Below are positions 1 to 9,242 of a stretch of DNA of 64,000 nucleotides, piece after piece; within the stretch, counting starts at the first letter, position 1, and each line of letters starts with the position of its first letter. The stretch is from positions 84,745 through 148,744 of the forward strand of contig DATJWP010000207.1 in the NCBI GenBank assembly GCA_035578045.1, written 5' to 3'. Under the pieces are notes generated by a model. The model did not search any database. It saw only the letters and a program-made list of their open reading frames with translations, and was not told the origin of the DNA. The DNA comes from Polyangia bacterium. GTDB lineage: Bacteria; Myxococcota_A; Polyangia; Fen-1088. Made by a program: the position numbers and the translations under genes.

Positions 1-846
1 GGCGGGAGAGGCGCGCGCGTCGCTGGCGGCGGGCATGCTGGCGGCGGCCATGCGGGGGGCGGCGTGCGCGCGCCCGCGATCGGACATGCCGGGGGTGGGG
101 GCGGCGGGGGAGGGGGCGGCAACGGGGATGCCGCGCTGGTCGCCATCATCGTGGTCGTGGCGGTGGTGGTGGCGATCGGCCTGGTCTCCAGCGAAGGGGT
201 GCGGTTCGACGGCTTCGTGGCCATGTCACCCGAGCAGCCCATCCACCTGCGGGCCCCCGGCGGCCAGCGGGAGGTCATCTCGATGTCGGATCTCACCGTC
301 GCTTGGGCCGACGAGACGGCCGAGGCCAAGGTCATGGACGATGAGGGGTTCGGCCTGGCCCGCCTGGACGACGTCGCGCTGGACCGCCGGGGGATGACCT
401 TCAAGCTGGACGCGGGATCGATCGCGTTCGACGTCGCGGGGGTGCGCTCGATGGGGCCGGCGATGCAGGTGCAGGCGGGCTACTTCTTCGGGCGACGGGT
501 CGGCCTGCTGGCCTCGCTGGGGCTGGCCGGAGCCAGCGCGACCAGCGGGGGCGTGACCGCGCTGGTGCCGCGGCACGCGCTGGCGCTGGAGCTGCAGGCC
601 TTCCCGCTGTCGGCGGGGCGCTTCCATCTGGGCTTCTTCGGCAACGGCGGCATGGCCCTGTCCGAGACGCTCCAGGACGGAGTGGCCAGTTATGTGAGCG
701 GGCTGTCGGTCGGGGGCGGCGCGCTGGCCGAGGTGGATGTGACCTCCCGCATGGCCCTGACGCTGCGGGCCGGGGGCAACCTGGCCAAGCTGGATCAGGC
801 CTGGACGCCGGCCGGCCTGCTGACCGCCGGCGTCGCCGTCTACTAG
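1..846 (+). CDS. Hypothetical protein, 5'-partial; Gly-rich region, hydrophobic segment, C-terminal outer-membrane beta-barrel-like domain
   Basis: Frame open from base 1 and in frame with ORF 64..846. Poly-Gly stretch, hydrophobic AALVAIIVVVAVVVAIGLV, alternating beta-strand pattern, terminal aromatic residue (AGVAVY). Confidence 0.6.
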   Translation, partial: GGRGARVAGGGHAGGGHAGGGVRAPAIGHAGGGGGGGGGGNGDAALVAIIVVVAVVVAIGLVSSEGVRFDGFVAMSPEQPIHLRAPGGQREVISMSDLTVAWADETAEAKVMDDEGFGLARLDDVALDRRGMTFKLDAGSIAFDVAGVRSMGPAMQVQAGYFFGRRVGLLASLGLAGASATSGGVTALVPRHALALELQAFPLSAGRFHLGFFGNGGMALSETLQDGVASYVSGLSVGGGALAEVDVTSRMALTLRAGGNLAKLDQAWTPAGLLTAGVAVY

Positions 847-924
847 CTGCACCAGATTCCTGAGCCGGGATCGCGGCGGCAGGGAACTCATCTATTCGGG
901 GGCGACGCGGTGCGCTCCCCTAAG

Positions 925-1575
925 ATGAGAAGAACCAAGGTGGCTTCCCGTGACTCGTCGCTCTCGCCGGTGACCTACCTGCCGACGGCCGCCTGGCCGG
1001 AGGCGGACGAAGCGGAGCTGGTCAGGGGGCTGCAGCAGGGGGATTCGCGGTCGGCCCGCGAAGCCTGGTACCGGTACGGACCGACCGTGCGCCGGGTGCT
1101 GCTCCGGGCGCTGGGTCCCATCGCCGAGCTCGAGGATCTCTCGCAAGAGGTGTTCATCACCTTCTTCGATCGCGTTGCCACGCTGCGCGACCCGCGCACG
1201 GTCACCGCGTTCCTCATGTCGATCACCGCTTTCAGGATCCGGCACCACCTGCGCTGGCGGTGGGTCCGCCGCTGGGTGGTGCCCGCCGGATCGGCCCCGC
1301 CGGTGGACCTGCGGACGATCCAGGCGGACGACGACGCCCGCGAGGCGCTGCAGCGGTTCTTCGCCGCGCTGGATCACCTGAGCCCGATCGACCGGACGGC
1401 GTTCACGTTGCGCTTCGTCGAACAGCTGGAAATGCAACAGGTCGCCGACGCGCTCGGGTGGTCGGCGGCGACGACCAAGCGGCGGCTGGCCAAGATCTGG
1501 AAGCGGCTGTCGGCGCTGCTGCGCAACGATGCGGCGCTGGCGCCTTTTCTGGCCAAACGCGAGGGCAGCTCGTGA
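925..1575 (+). CDS. ECF-type RNA polymerase sigma-70 factor
   Basis: Region 2 motif ELEDLSQEVFITFF; region 4 motif RTAFTLRFVEQLEMQQVADALGWSAATTKRRL. In-frame ATG at 925 (GTG at 910 is an alternative). Confidence 0.9.
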   Translation: MRRTKVASRDSSLSPVTYLPTAAWPEADEAELVRGLQQGDSRSAREAWYRYGPTVRRVLLRALGPIAELEDLSQEVFITFFDRVATLRDPRTVTAFLMSITAFRIRHHLRWRWVRRWVVPAGSAPPVDLRTIQADDDAREALQRFFAALDHLSPIDRTAFTLRFVEQLEMQQVADALGWSAATTKRRLAKIWKRLSALLRNDAALAPFLAKREGSS

Positions 1576-2762
1576 AGCCCCCGGCGGACGAGCGCGTCCC
1601 GGGCGACGCCACCCTCGAGTCGATGGTGCGCCTGGTCCGGCGCACGTTCCCCGACGGCGGGCGCGTCGATGAGGCGGGGCTGCGGCGGTTGCGTGAGCGC
1701 GGCCCGCGGCCGCGCCGGGGGCGCCGGCTGGCGTTCGGCGCGCTGGGGCTGCTGGTGGCGGCGCTGCCGCTGGCCCTGGTGCTGGCCCTGCGCCCGGGGC
1801 CGCTCACCTTCGAGGTCATTCACGGCTCCATGATCCGTTTCTCCGACGGCACCGAGATCGTGCTGGAACGGGCGGCGCGCGCGCAGGTCCGCGACGTGGC
1901 CGCGCACGGGGCGGGCATCGTGCTGTTCGAGGGGCGCGCCCACACGTCGTTCATCCCCCGGCCGAAAGCGAGCTGGCAGGTGCTGGCCGGGCCCTACGTC
2001 GTGCGGGTGACCGGCACGGTCTTCGACGTCGAGTGGTCACGCGACCACCAGCAGCTGGACGTCTGGATGCAGAAGGGCTCGGTCGTCGTCACGGGGCCGA
2101 TGGTCGAGGCGGGGGTGGCGGTCAGCCGCGATCAGCACCTGTCGCTGCGTCCGGACGACCGGCGGATCGTGCTCGAGAAGGGGTCCGTGGAGCAACCGGA
2201 GGCGCCGGTCGAGGCGCCGCCGCCAGCGCCACCACCCGAGCCGGTGGCCGAGCACAAGGTCGAGCGCGCCGCCATCCACGGCACGGACCCGTCGGTCGTG
2301 CCATGGGGGCGGCGTCTGGCTCAGGGAGACTTCGAAGCGGTCATCGTGGATGCCGAGCGCCGGGGCGTTCGCGAGGTCCTGACCCGCGGCACGCGCGCGG
2401 ATCTGGCGGCGCTGGCCGACGCCGCCCGTTACACCCGACGAGCCGACCTCGCCCGGCGTGCCCTGATCGCGGAGCGCGCGCGGTTCGCCGGTTCGACGGC
2501 GGCCCGCGAGGCGGGGTACTTTCTGGGCGTGCTGTCCGAGGACGAGCAGACCTGGCAGGATGCGCTCGAGTGGTACGCGCGCTATCGCCGCGAGGACCCC
2601 GCCGGGACGTACGCCGGGCCCGCGCTCGGTCGCACGATGGTGCTCGAGGCCCGACACCAGGGGAACGGAGCGGCCCGGGCGGACGCCCAGGAGTACCTGA
2701 GCCGCTTCCCGAGCGGGCCGTACGCCCCGACCGCCCAGCAGGTCCTGCGCGCCGCGCAATGA
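1572..2762 (+). CDS. FecR-domain anti-sigma-like membrane protein with C-terminal TPR/helical domain
   Basis: GTGA overlap with the sigma stop. One TM (LAFGALGLLVAALPLALVLAL), FecR motifs FSDGTEIVL and VRVTGTVFDVEW, Pro linker, TPR-like end (AQEYLSRFPSGPYA). Confidence 0.8.
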   Translation: MKPPADERVPGDATLESMVRLVRRTFPDGGRVDEAGLRRLRERGPRPRRGRRLAFGALGLLVAALPLALVLALRPGPLTFEVIHGSMIRFSDGTEIVLERAARAQVRDVAAHGAGIVLFEGRAHTSFIPRPKASWQVLAGPYVVRVTGTVFDVEWSRDHQQLDVWMQKGSVVVTGPMVEAGVAVSRDQHLSLRPDDRRIVLEKGSVEQPEAPVEAPPPAPPPEPVAEHKVERAAIHGTDPSVVPWGRRLAQGDFEAVIVDAERRGVREVLTRGTRADLAALADAARYTRRADLARRALIAERARFAGSTAAREAGYFLGVLSEDEQTWQDALEWYARYRREDPAGTYAGPALGRTMVLEARHQGNGAARADAQEYLSRFPSGPYAPTAQQVLRAAQ

Positions 2763-3787
2763 GGTTTGGCCCCACGTGGGTGGCGGCGCTGATCGGGCTG
2801 TCGATCGGGCTGCCGATGTCAGGAGCCGCGCGGGCCGAAGGGGCGCCGCGGGTCGCCTTCGTGCTGCGCGGCACGGCTCGGGACGAGGGGAGCACGGAGC
2901 TGCTGGCCCGGGTTCGCGGCGAGCTGCGCGCGGCCCGGTTCGAGGTCCACGAAGTCGTCCTGCCCGGCGAAGCGCCGCCGCGAGAGACGGTCGAGCGGGA
3001 GGCGAGGCAGCCCGGCGTCACCGCCGCCATGGGCATCTTCCTGGACGAGCCCGAGATCGAAATCTGGGTGGCGAACACCAGGTCGACGCGCGCGATCATC
3101 GCGGCTGCCGCGCCGCCGGCGGCGGGCACCGACAGCGAAACCCGCGCGATGGCGGCCAAGGCGGTCGACCTGCTGAAAGCCGTGCTGGCCGACGTCCCGC
3201 AAGCCGAGCCTGCGCCGCCGCCGACGCCGCCCGCTCCCGCCGCGGCGCCCGCGGTCGTGCAGGCGGCGGAGGCGTCGCCGCCCCGGGATCGCATCTTGGT
3301 GGCCGGGGTCGGCTGGCTGCGGGCGGGTGACGCGCAGACGGTCGCGCCGCTGCTGGGCCTGTCGTGGATCGGGCGCCGCCTGGGGATCCGGGCCACGATC
3401 AGCGGGCTGGGCTCGTCGACGGAGTTGACCGCCCCCGCCGGGACGGCCAGCATCGGACAGCAGGTGGGGCTGGTCGAGCTGCTGGGGTGCCTGCGCCTGC
3501 GCGCGCGCCTGCTGGCGTGCGGCTCGGCCGGAGGTGGCGTCGAGCGGTTGACCGTGCGCGGGGCAGGGAGCACCGGCTTTGCGGGGAGCGATCACGCGCT
3601 CTGGTCGGCGGTGGGCGCGCTGGGCGCCGGCGTGTCCTGGACGCCCACTGCCTGGATCGCGTTCGAGCTGGAAGCGCGCGCGCTGGGGGCCTGGCCGTCG
3701 ACCGACATCCGCATCGACGCGGCGACGGTGGCGCGCGGGGGCGGCCCGGGAGTCTGGGTCACCGCGGGCGTCGGAGCGCGCCTGTGA
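2759..3787 (+). CDS. Exported protein: signal peptide, N-terminal alpha/beta domain, Pro/Ala linker, C-terminal beta-barrel-like domain
   Basis: ATGA overlap with the previous gene. Signal MRFGPTWVAALIGLSIGLPMSGAARA; amphipathic strands ending GVWVTAGVGARL. Confidence 0.7.
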   Translation: MRFGPTWVAALIGLSIGLPMSGAARAEGAPRVAFVLRGTARDEGSTELLARVRGELRAARFEVHEVVLPGEAPPRETVEREARQPGVTAAMGIFLDEPEIEIWVANTRSTRAIIAAAAPPAAGTDSETRAMAAKAVDLLKAVLADVPQAEPAPPPTPPAPAAAPAVVQAAEASPPRDRILVAGVGWLRAGDAQTVAPLLGLSWIGRRLGIRATISGLGSSTELTAPAGTASIGQQVGLVELLGCLRLRARLLACGSAGGGVERLTVRGAGSTGFAGSDHALWSAVGALGAGVSWTPTAWIAFELEARALGAWPSTDIRIDAATVARGGGPGVWVTAGVGARL

Positions 3788-5022
3788 TCCACCGCGCGGC
3801 CGGGGCGGCGCTGCTGATCGGGGTTCTGGCCGGCGCCGGCTGCACGCGCGTGGTCGACGCCGTCAGCCCCACGACCGGGCCCTCCGCCTGGCCCACGGCC
3901 GATCACGCCGCCAACTCGGATCCCTGGCTGGTCGCCCACCACGACACGATCACCGCGATGGCGCCGCGGGTCCTGCTGCTGAACTTCGACAACGGCGCGA
4001 CATCCGACGACGTGCTGCAGACCGCCCAGCTCCAGGCCGCGGCGATCGCCGAAGGGTCCCGCCCGCACGGCTACGCGGACAGCGCCGCCACCCCGTTCCT
4101 GCAGTACGACGTGTTGAAGGTGGTCGACCTCACCGACCACCCGCCGCCGCCCAACTGGGCCAACCCGTCGAGCACGCTGCTGCCCACCACGCCGGACGGT
4201 CAGTTCGACCCGACGGCGCTGTTCACCTCGCAGTTCGCCGATGCCTACGGTTTCCAGGACGCGAGCGGCAAGTCACTGACGCTCTGCCAGCTGTACCAGC
4301 AGGGGGCGATCAACGAGCTCTGGATCGAGGATGGCGAGGCCGGCCCGCGGCGGGCGCCGCTGAACATCGAGTCCAGGCAGGTCTACGACAACAACGGAAA
4401 CGCCATCCCGGGCGCGTTCATGCCCTGCCTGGGCGGCGGGGGCTGCCTGGATCAGGTCATCTGTGGGGTCACGGTGCGGATGGCGCACCTCGATCGCGCG
4501 CGCGGGCCGGGCTGTGACCTGCAGGTCCGCGGCTGGGGGATCGAGGGGATGTGGGACGCGCTCCCGTCGTACGCCGACGATGCGCACGCGTTCCTGAACG
4601 CCGACTTCGACACGCGCTTCATGGTGCAGTTCACCGGCTTCGCCCAGCTTTGCGATCAGGCGGGCGATCCGTGCGTCAGCTACCCCAACGATCACGAGGC
4701 GACCGGCACGTACGGGGATGGGTCGACCTGGACCATCCAGCCGTTCCTGCAGGGGTGCGGCAGCACCCAGTTCCCGCCCAACGCCCGCGCGCGCAACGAC
4801 TTCGACAACAGCACGGTCGTGCAGGCGCGTTGCCAGGGCTTCGGCCAGGGCGGCGCAACGGGCGGCGGCGACGTCTACCAGCCGTACTCGGCCTCCACGG
4901 TGGCGGCCGAGGACAGCGCGTTCCCCGACTGCGGCGGCGGCTGGCAGATCTACTGGCGCCAGAGCATGCCCGGCTCCGGCAACGCCCACCTCAAGAACTG
5001 GTGGCCGTTCCTGTTCTACTAG
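3784..5022 (+). CDS. Cys-containing lipoprotein of unknown function
   Basis: GTGA overlap; lipobox-like LAGAGC; acidic and aromatic composition; ends NWWPFLFY. Confidence 0.75.
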   Translation: MIHRAAGAALLIGVLAGAGCTRVVDAVSPTTGPSAWPTADHAANSDPWLVAHHDTITAMAPRVLLLNFDNGATSDDVLQTAQLQAAAIAEGSRPHGYADSAATPFLQYDVLKVVDLTDHPPPPNWANPSSTLLPTTPDGQFDPTALFTSQFADAYGFQDASGKSLTLCQLYQQGAINELWIEDGEAGPRRAPLNIESRQVYDNNGNAIPGAFMPCLGGGGCLDQVICGVTVRMAHLDRARGPGCDLQVRGWGIEGMWDALPSYADDAHAFLNADFDTRFMVQFTGFAQLCDQAGDPCVSYPNDHEATGTYGDGSTWTIQPFLQGCGSTQFPPNARARNDFDNSTVVQARCQGFGQGGATGGGDVYQPYSASTVAAEDSAFPDCGGGWQIYWRQSMPGSGNAHLKNWWPFLFY

Positions 5023-5065
5023 GACCGGACCACAGAGAAGATGACGGGTTGAGCCGACGTGGTAT

Positions 5066-5270
5066 CTGCGCGTCTCCCCGCGAAGGCAGCGAAGGCGGAG
5101 AGGGGACGGCCGCGCGAAAACCGGAGCCCCTCTCCTTTATCCTCGCCCCGCGGGGCGAGGACAACCGGCTTCAGCCCGCCGGCGGGCAACCCCGTTCACC
5201 AATCGACCTCTCCGGCGAAGCCAGGCGAAGCCGGAGAGGTCGGCACCGCAGGTGCCGGGAGAGGTCCGGA
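5066..5270. repeat. Cluster of REP-like GC-rich palindromes between convergent genes
   Basis: Perfect palindrome CCTCGCCCCG/CGGGGCGAGG at 5141-5160; 13-bp stem CGACCTCTCCGGC/GCCGGAGAGGTCG at 5204-5242; hairpin CGGCACC/GGTGCCG at 5241-5257. The tail GGAGAGGTCCGGA is shared with the element at 20257-20452. Confidence 0.7.
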
Positions 5271-6296
5271 TCAGTGATACGCCGGTTCCGCGGCGAAGAC
5301 CTTGCCCAGGTCGGTCAACGAACCGTCGGAGTTGTTGAGATCCAGGTTGGTCGACCAGGGATACCAGGCGTAACGACGGACGCGCGGGTGTTTGGCGAAC
5401 ATCGTGACCGCGCCCTTGAAGAAGTTGATCACCGTTTGCGCGTCGGGGGCGCTGTCGTGCAGGCAGCCCCACTCAGTCAGCCAGATGGGCCGGGTGCCGG
5501 TCTGGCCTTCCAACCACTTGATGTAGCTCTCCAGCGTCGAGGCGTTGGACTCGCAGGAGCCCGAGTTCCAGCCGTACCAGTGGGCCCCCACCACGTCGAT
5601 GCGCAGGCTGGCTTGATTGGCCTGGGTCATGAAGCTCGAGAACCAGCTCATTCCCGTCGAGTTGGCCTGGGTCGCCGGGCTGACCACCTGGATCGACGCG
5701 TTCAGGAACGACGGCCAGAGGTTGATGGCCGTCGACACCGAGATGTTCGATTGCGACGAGTTGTCGGGCTCGTTGAACCCCATCACGTAGGGTTCCTGCT
5801 TGCTGACGAACGACGCCACGGCTGACGAGATGCAGGAGGCGGACTGCTCGCTGCCGGTGTGGCCCCAGACCATCGGGACGAACTCGCCGCCGCTCCCGTC
5901 GCTGCAGGCTTCGTCCTCGGTCTGCTCCCAGTTGTAGTACCAGGAGACGTTCTGCAGCTTGCGCGCCGCGCAGGGCGAGTTGGCCACGCCCTTGAACGGC
6001 TCCGTTCCGGCGCCGCCGCTGCCGCTGCCGCCGCTGCCGCTGCCGCTGGTTCCACCCGCATGCCCGCCACCGCCGCCGGTTGCCGCGTGACCGGCCCCAC
6101 CGCCGTATCCGCCGGTCGCTGGGATCCCGCCGGTCCCTGGGGTCCCGCCGGTCCCTGGGGTCCCGCCGGTCGCCTGACTGCCGCCGGTTCCCATGCCGCC
6201 AGAGCCGGCTGGTGTGCCACCGCTCGACGCACAGCCGGCCACGACGAACGCGCCGGCGGCGACCACCAGGCCGAGACGCCGCATGCCCCGGATCAT
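5271..6296 (-). CDS. Lipoprotein glycoside hydrolase, GH128-like (putative beta-1,3-glucanase)
   Basis: ATG at 6296 overlaps the upstream stop (ATGA). Lipobox VVAGC, Gly/Thr linker, motifs SWYYNW, FVPMVWG, GFNEPD, PIWLTEWG, RRYAWY. Confidence 0.85.
   Translation of the reverse strand: MIRGMRRLGLVVAAGAFVVAGCASSGGTPAGSGGMGTGGSQATGGTPGTGGTPGTGGIPATGGYGGGAGHAATGGGGGHAGGTSGSGSGGSGSGGAGTEPFKGVANSPCAARKLQNVSWYYNWEQTEDEACSDGSGGEFVPMVWGHTGSEQSASCISSAVASFVSKQEPYVMGFNEPDNSSQSNISVSTAINLWPSFLNASIQVVSPATQANSTGMSWFSSFMTQANQASLRIDVVGAHWYGWNSGSCESNASTLESYIKWLEGQTGTRPIWLTEWGCLHDSAPDAQTVINFFKGAVTMFAKHPRVRRYAWYPWSTNLDLNNSDGSLTDLGKVFAAEPAYH
6121..6174. repeat. Coding tandem repeat, 3 x 18 bp (PGTGGT linker)
   Basis: Unit GGGGTCCCGCCGGTCCCT occurs three times with minor variation inside the GH128 linker. 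Confidence 0.8.
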
Positions 6297-7897
6297 GCCC
6301 CGCAGCTCAGAACGCGCAAGACCTTGATCTTGGTGTTGCTGGAGCCCGGGGCCGGGTAGGCGACCGACCCGTCCGGGTACGACCGGAAGTCCTGGTACCG
6401 GCTGCCGAGCACGTTGGGAGACAGCTTCAGCGGACCCGCCGCGTCGGCGCTGGCGCCACTGGGCGGCATGCCGGTCGTGGCGTCCAGAAGCTGCAGCCAC
6501 ATCTGTCGGCCCGGCGCGTTCTGGGCCAGGTCGCCCGTCGCGGTGGACTCCTCCCAGGCGAGCAGCATCTGCCCCTGGCCGTAGACCACCAGGTGAGGCG
6601 CGCGATCGTTCTGCGCGTCGCTGGCGGCCAGCAGGTCGTGATCGAACGCGGGCGCGCTGGTCGAAGGCGCGTGCAGCAGGTGAACGTCGGCCAGGCCGTT
6701 CGAGTTGGGCGTCTGGCCCGAGCGGATGTCGCTGGTGACGACCCAGTAGCCGCCGGCCGGCGCCAGCAGGATGCTCCCCAGGTCCGAGTAGCTGAGATCC
6801 ACCGGGTCGATGGCGGCCGCGCTGGGCGCGAAGGCGACCTTGCCGGACTTGTCGCCGGTCATCGCGTCGTTCTTGCACACGCCGACGAACTTCTTGGCGG
6901 CCGGATCCCAGACCACGCGCTCGAAGCCGCTGTGGCTGCACCCCCAGTCGAAGCCGCTCGACTGCAGCGCGCCCGCCGCGCTGACGACCTTCATCCGGTC
7001 ACCCTGGTGGATGTTCACGCCGCTGGTGAGCGTGCTCGAGCCGACGCACATCTGCCCCGGCACCGTGATCGCCGCGCCGAAGTAGCCGGCGTAGTTCGCG
7101 CCGTCGAACGCGATGCGGCCGTTGTGCGCGTATTCGGACCAGATGAAGATCACGTTCGTGCCGCTGGTCGCGCTGGTGCCGTAGGCGGGCAGGGTGGGGC
7201 TGGTGTCGGTCAGCTTGGTGGCCCAGCTCTCGGAGGCGCCGTCGAAGCGGACCATGTACATGTCGTAGCAGGAGGCGGTGGTCGGGTAGCTGCTGGTCAG
7301 CCCGCACAGGTGGCTGATGTCGCCGCAGTTGTTGTTGTCGGTCGAGCCCATCGCGGTGCGGCTCACCAGCAGCACCCCGCCGGCCTGGTCGGCGTAGATG
7401 TCCTGGAAGTCATAGCCCGGCAGCGTGACGGCCGTGCCGGTCACCTGATCGTTCGCGTCCAGCGTGACGACGTGGACCATGCCGTCGCTCTTTCCCAGGA
7501 ACGCCAGGCGCGAGCCGCCGCCGGGCAGCGGCGAGATGGCCAGCGGCGTCAGGCCCAGGGCGGCGCCGTTGTTGTCGACCTCGTTGTACGCGTAGGTCGC
7601 GCCGACGTCGATCTCGGTGACGCGCACGCGGCTGGCCAGGGACGCGCCGCAGCTCGCGTTGCCGCCGCCCGCTCCGCCGGGGGCGCCACCGCTGGTGCCG
7701 GGCGTCACGCCGCCAGTGCCAGGCGTCACGCCGCCGGTGCCCGGGGCGCTGCCACCCGTGCCCGGGGCGGCGCCACCGGTGCCCGGGGCGCTGCCGCCGG
7801 AGCCTGCGCCGCCGGTGCCCGCCGCCGGTCGCCCGCCGCTCGAGCCGCAGCCGGCCAGCAGCAGCACCACCACGATCCATGGATTGGAGATACGCAT
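6293..7897 (-). CDS. Lipoprotein with Gly-rich linker and a beta-rich (propeller-like) domain of unknown function
   Basis: Lipobox LLAGC; PGTGGxx repeats; domain with HQGD and WGCSH motifs; translationally coupled to the GH128 gene. Confidence 0.8.
   Translation of the reverse strand: MRISNPWIVVVLLLAGCGSSGGRPAAGTGGAGSGGSAPGTGGAAPGTGGSAPGTGGVTPGTGGVTPGTSGGAPGGAGGGNASCGASLASRVRVTEIDVGATYAYNEVDNNGAALGLTPLAISPLPGGGSRLAFLGKSDGMVHVVTLDANDQVTGTAVTLPGYDFQDIYADQAGGVLLVSRTAMGSTDNNNCGDISHLCGLTSSYPTTASCYDMYMVRFDGASESWATKLTDTSPTLPAYGTSATSGTNVIFIWSEYAHNGRIAFDGANYAGYFGAAITVPGQMCVGSSTLTSGVNIHQGDRMKVVSAAGALQSSGFDWGCSHSGFERVVWDPAAKKFVGVCKNDAMTGDKSGKVAFAPSAAAIDPVDLSYSDLGSILLAPAGGYWVVTSDIRSGQTPNSNGLADVHLLHAPSTSAPAFDHDLLAASDAQNDRAPHLVVYGQGQMLLAWEESTATGDLAQNAPGRQMWLQLLDATTGMPPSGASADAAGPLKLSPNVLGSRYQDFRSYPDGSVAYPAPGSSNTKIKVLRVLSCGA
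7694..7820. repeat. Coding tandem repeat of about 21-bp units (PGTGG[SAV][AT])
   Basis: Five to six imperfect heptapeptide repeats (APGTGGA, APGTGGS, TPGTGGV) in the linker. Confidence 0.7.
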
Positions 7898-7939
7898 CGA
7901 ACGTAAGTCACGCCCGGCTCGCCGGCCGGCTCAGAAAAA

Positions 7940-8632
7940 TCAACGCGCCATCGTGCGGCGCACCCGGGCGGCCAGCGGACTGTCGGGGTAGGCCGCCAGG
8001 AAGTCCGCGGCCAGCGCGCGCGCCCGTCCCGTCTCCCCCAGCCGCGCGAGCGCCTCGATGCGCAGCGCCGTCGATTCGGGGCGAAACGTCCCGGTGGGGT
8101 AACGCAGGTCGTACCGCCGCAGCAGCGCCAGCGCGCGCCCATCGGCGCCGTCCGCGACCGCCGCGCGCGCGGCGTCCAGCAGCGCGATCTCCGCCCGCAG
8201 ATCGCCCGCCGGCCTCACGGCCGCGCTCCGGCGCCGGTGGGGTGCCGCCGGGGCCACGGGCGGCGGTGCCGGCGCGCGCGGCGCGGCTGCCGGCGGGTCC
8301 ACGACGCCGATCGCAGCGGGCGCCGGCGCCGGGGTGGCGATGGCTGCGGCGGTCACGGTCCGTGCGGGACGGTGCGAGGCATACCCGACGATGGCGCCGG
8401 CCACGGCCAGGGCGGCGACACCGGCCGAGATCACCGGCCAGGTCAGGCTGGCGCCGGCCGCCGGCGGGTGCGCGGCCGAGGGGGCCGGCACGAAGCCACC
8501 CAGCCCGATCGCCCGCGCCATCCGCGCCTGCAGCTCGGGCTCGGGCCGCTCGGCGGCCGCGGCCGCCAGCAGCGTGCGCTCCAGCTCGCTCGCGCCGACC
8601 ACGCGCAGCCGGTCGGGTTCGCGCCCGGTCAC
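7940..8632 (-). CDS. Putative anti-sigma membrane protein with C-terminal TPR-like domain
   Basis: GTG at 8632 overlaps the sigma stop (GTGA). TM WPVISAGVAALAVAGAIVGYA, Pro/Ala linker, then LRAEIALLDAAR...FLAAYPDSPLA. Confidence 0.75.
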   Translation of the reverse strand: MTGREPDRLRVVGASELERTLLAAAAAERPEPELQARMARAIGLGGFVPAPSAAHPPAAGASLTWPVISAGVAALAVAGAIVGYASHRPARTVTAAAIATPAPAPAAIGVVDPPAAAPRAPAPPPVAPAAPHRRRSAAVRPAGDLRAEIALLDAARAAVADGADGRALALLRRYDLRYPTGTFRPESTALRIEALARLGETGRARALAADFLAAYPDSPLAARVRRTMAR

Positions 8633-9207
8633 GCCGCTCCCTCCCGTTCGATCGTGGTCTCGATGCGGCCCACGACGCGGCGGAACTGCTCGCGCGCCCG
8701 GCGCAGCCGGGACGCCACCGTGCCCAGCGGAATCTCCAGCGAGGCCGCGATCTCCGGTGACGACAGCCCCTCGATCTCGAACAGGACGAAGACCTCGGCC
8801 ACGTCGGGGTCGATCTTGGACAGCGCGATGTCGCACAGCTGGACCGAGGCGCGCGCGTCGTCGTGATCGCGCGTCTCCACCACCCGGCGATCCATGTCTT
8901 CTTCCAGTTGCCAGCGCATCGTCTTGCGCCACAGGGTCCGGGCCACCCGCAGCGCGGTGCCGACCAGGAACGCGCGCTCGCTGTCCGCCTGGATGTCCGC
9001 CAGCCGCTCGGCGGCGATCAAGAAGGCCTGCTGGGTGGCGTCGCCCGCGGCGTCCGCGCTCAGCCCGCTGCGCCGCAAGGTCCGCCAGACCATCGCGTGA
9101 TGCGCCACGAACATCCGCTGCAGGCGCTCGCCGGCAGCGGGCTCGGGTGCGGGGGCGCTGGCGCGCTGCCCCTCGCGCACCCGTGCCAGCCTGGACCTGC
9201 CGAACAT
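8629..9207 (-). CDS. ECF-type sigma-70 factor
   Basis: VWRTLRRSG..AAGDATQQAF (region 2); VFVLFEIEGLSSPEIAASLEIPLGTVASRLRRAR (region 4). Confidence 0.92.
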   Translation of the reverse strand: MFGRSRLARVREGQRASAPAPEPAAGERLQRMFVAHHAMVWRTLRRSGLSADAAGDATQQAFLIAAERLADIQADSERAFLVGTALRVARTLWRKTMRWQLEEDMDRRVVETRDHDDARASVQLCDIALSKIDPDVAEVFVLFEIEGLSSPEIAASLEIPLGTVASRLRRAREQFRRVVGRIETTIEREGAA

Positions 9208-9242
9208 GGTCAGCCCATCATGCGCCCGGGGACCGCCATCGA

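Noticed and set aside
85-130. G-quadruplex-like G-run
   Set aside because: Explained by poly-Gly codons in the coding frame.
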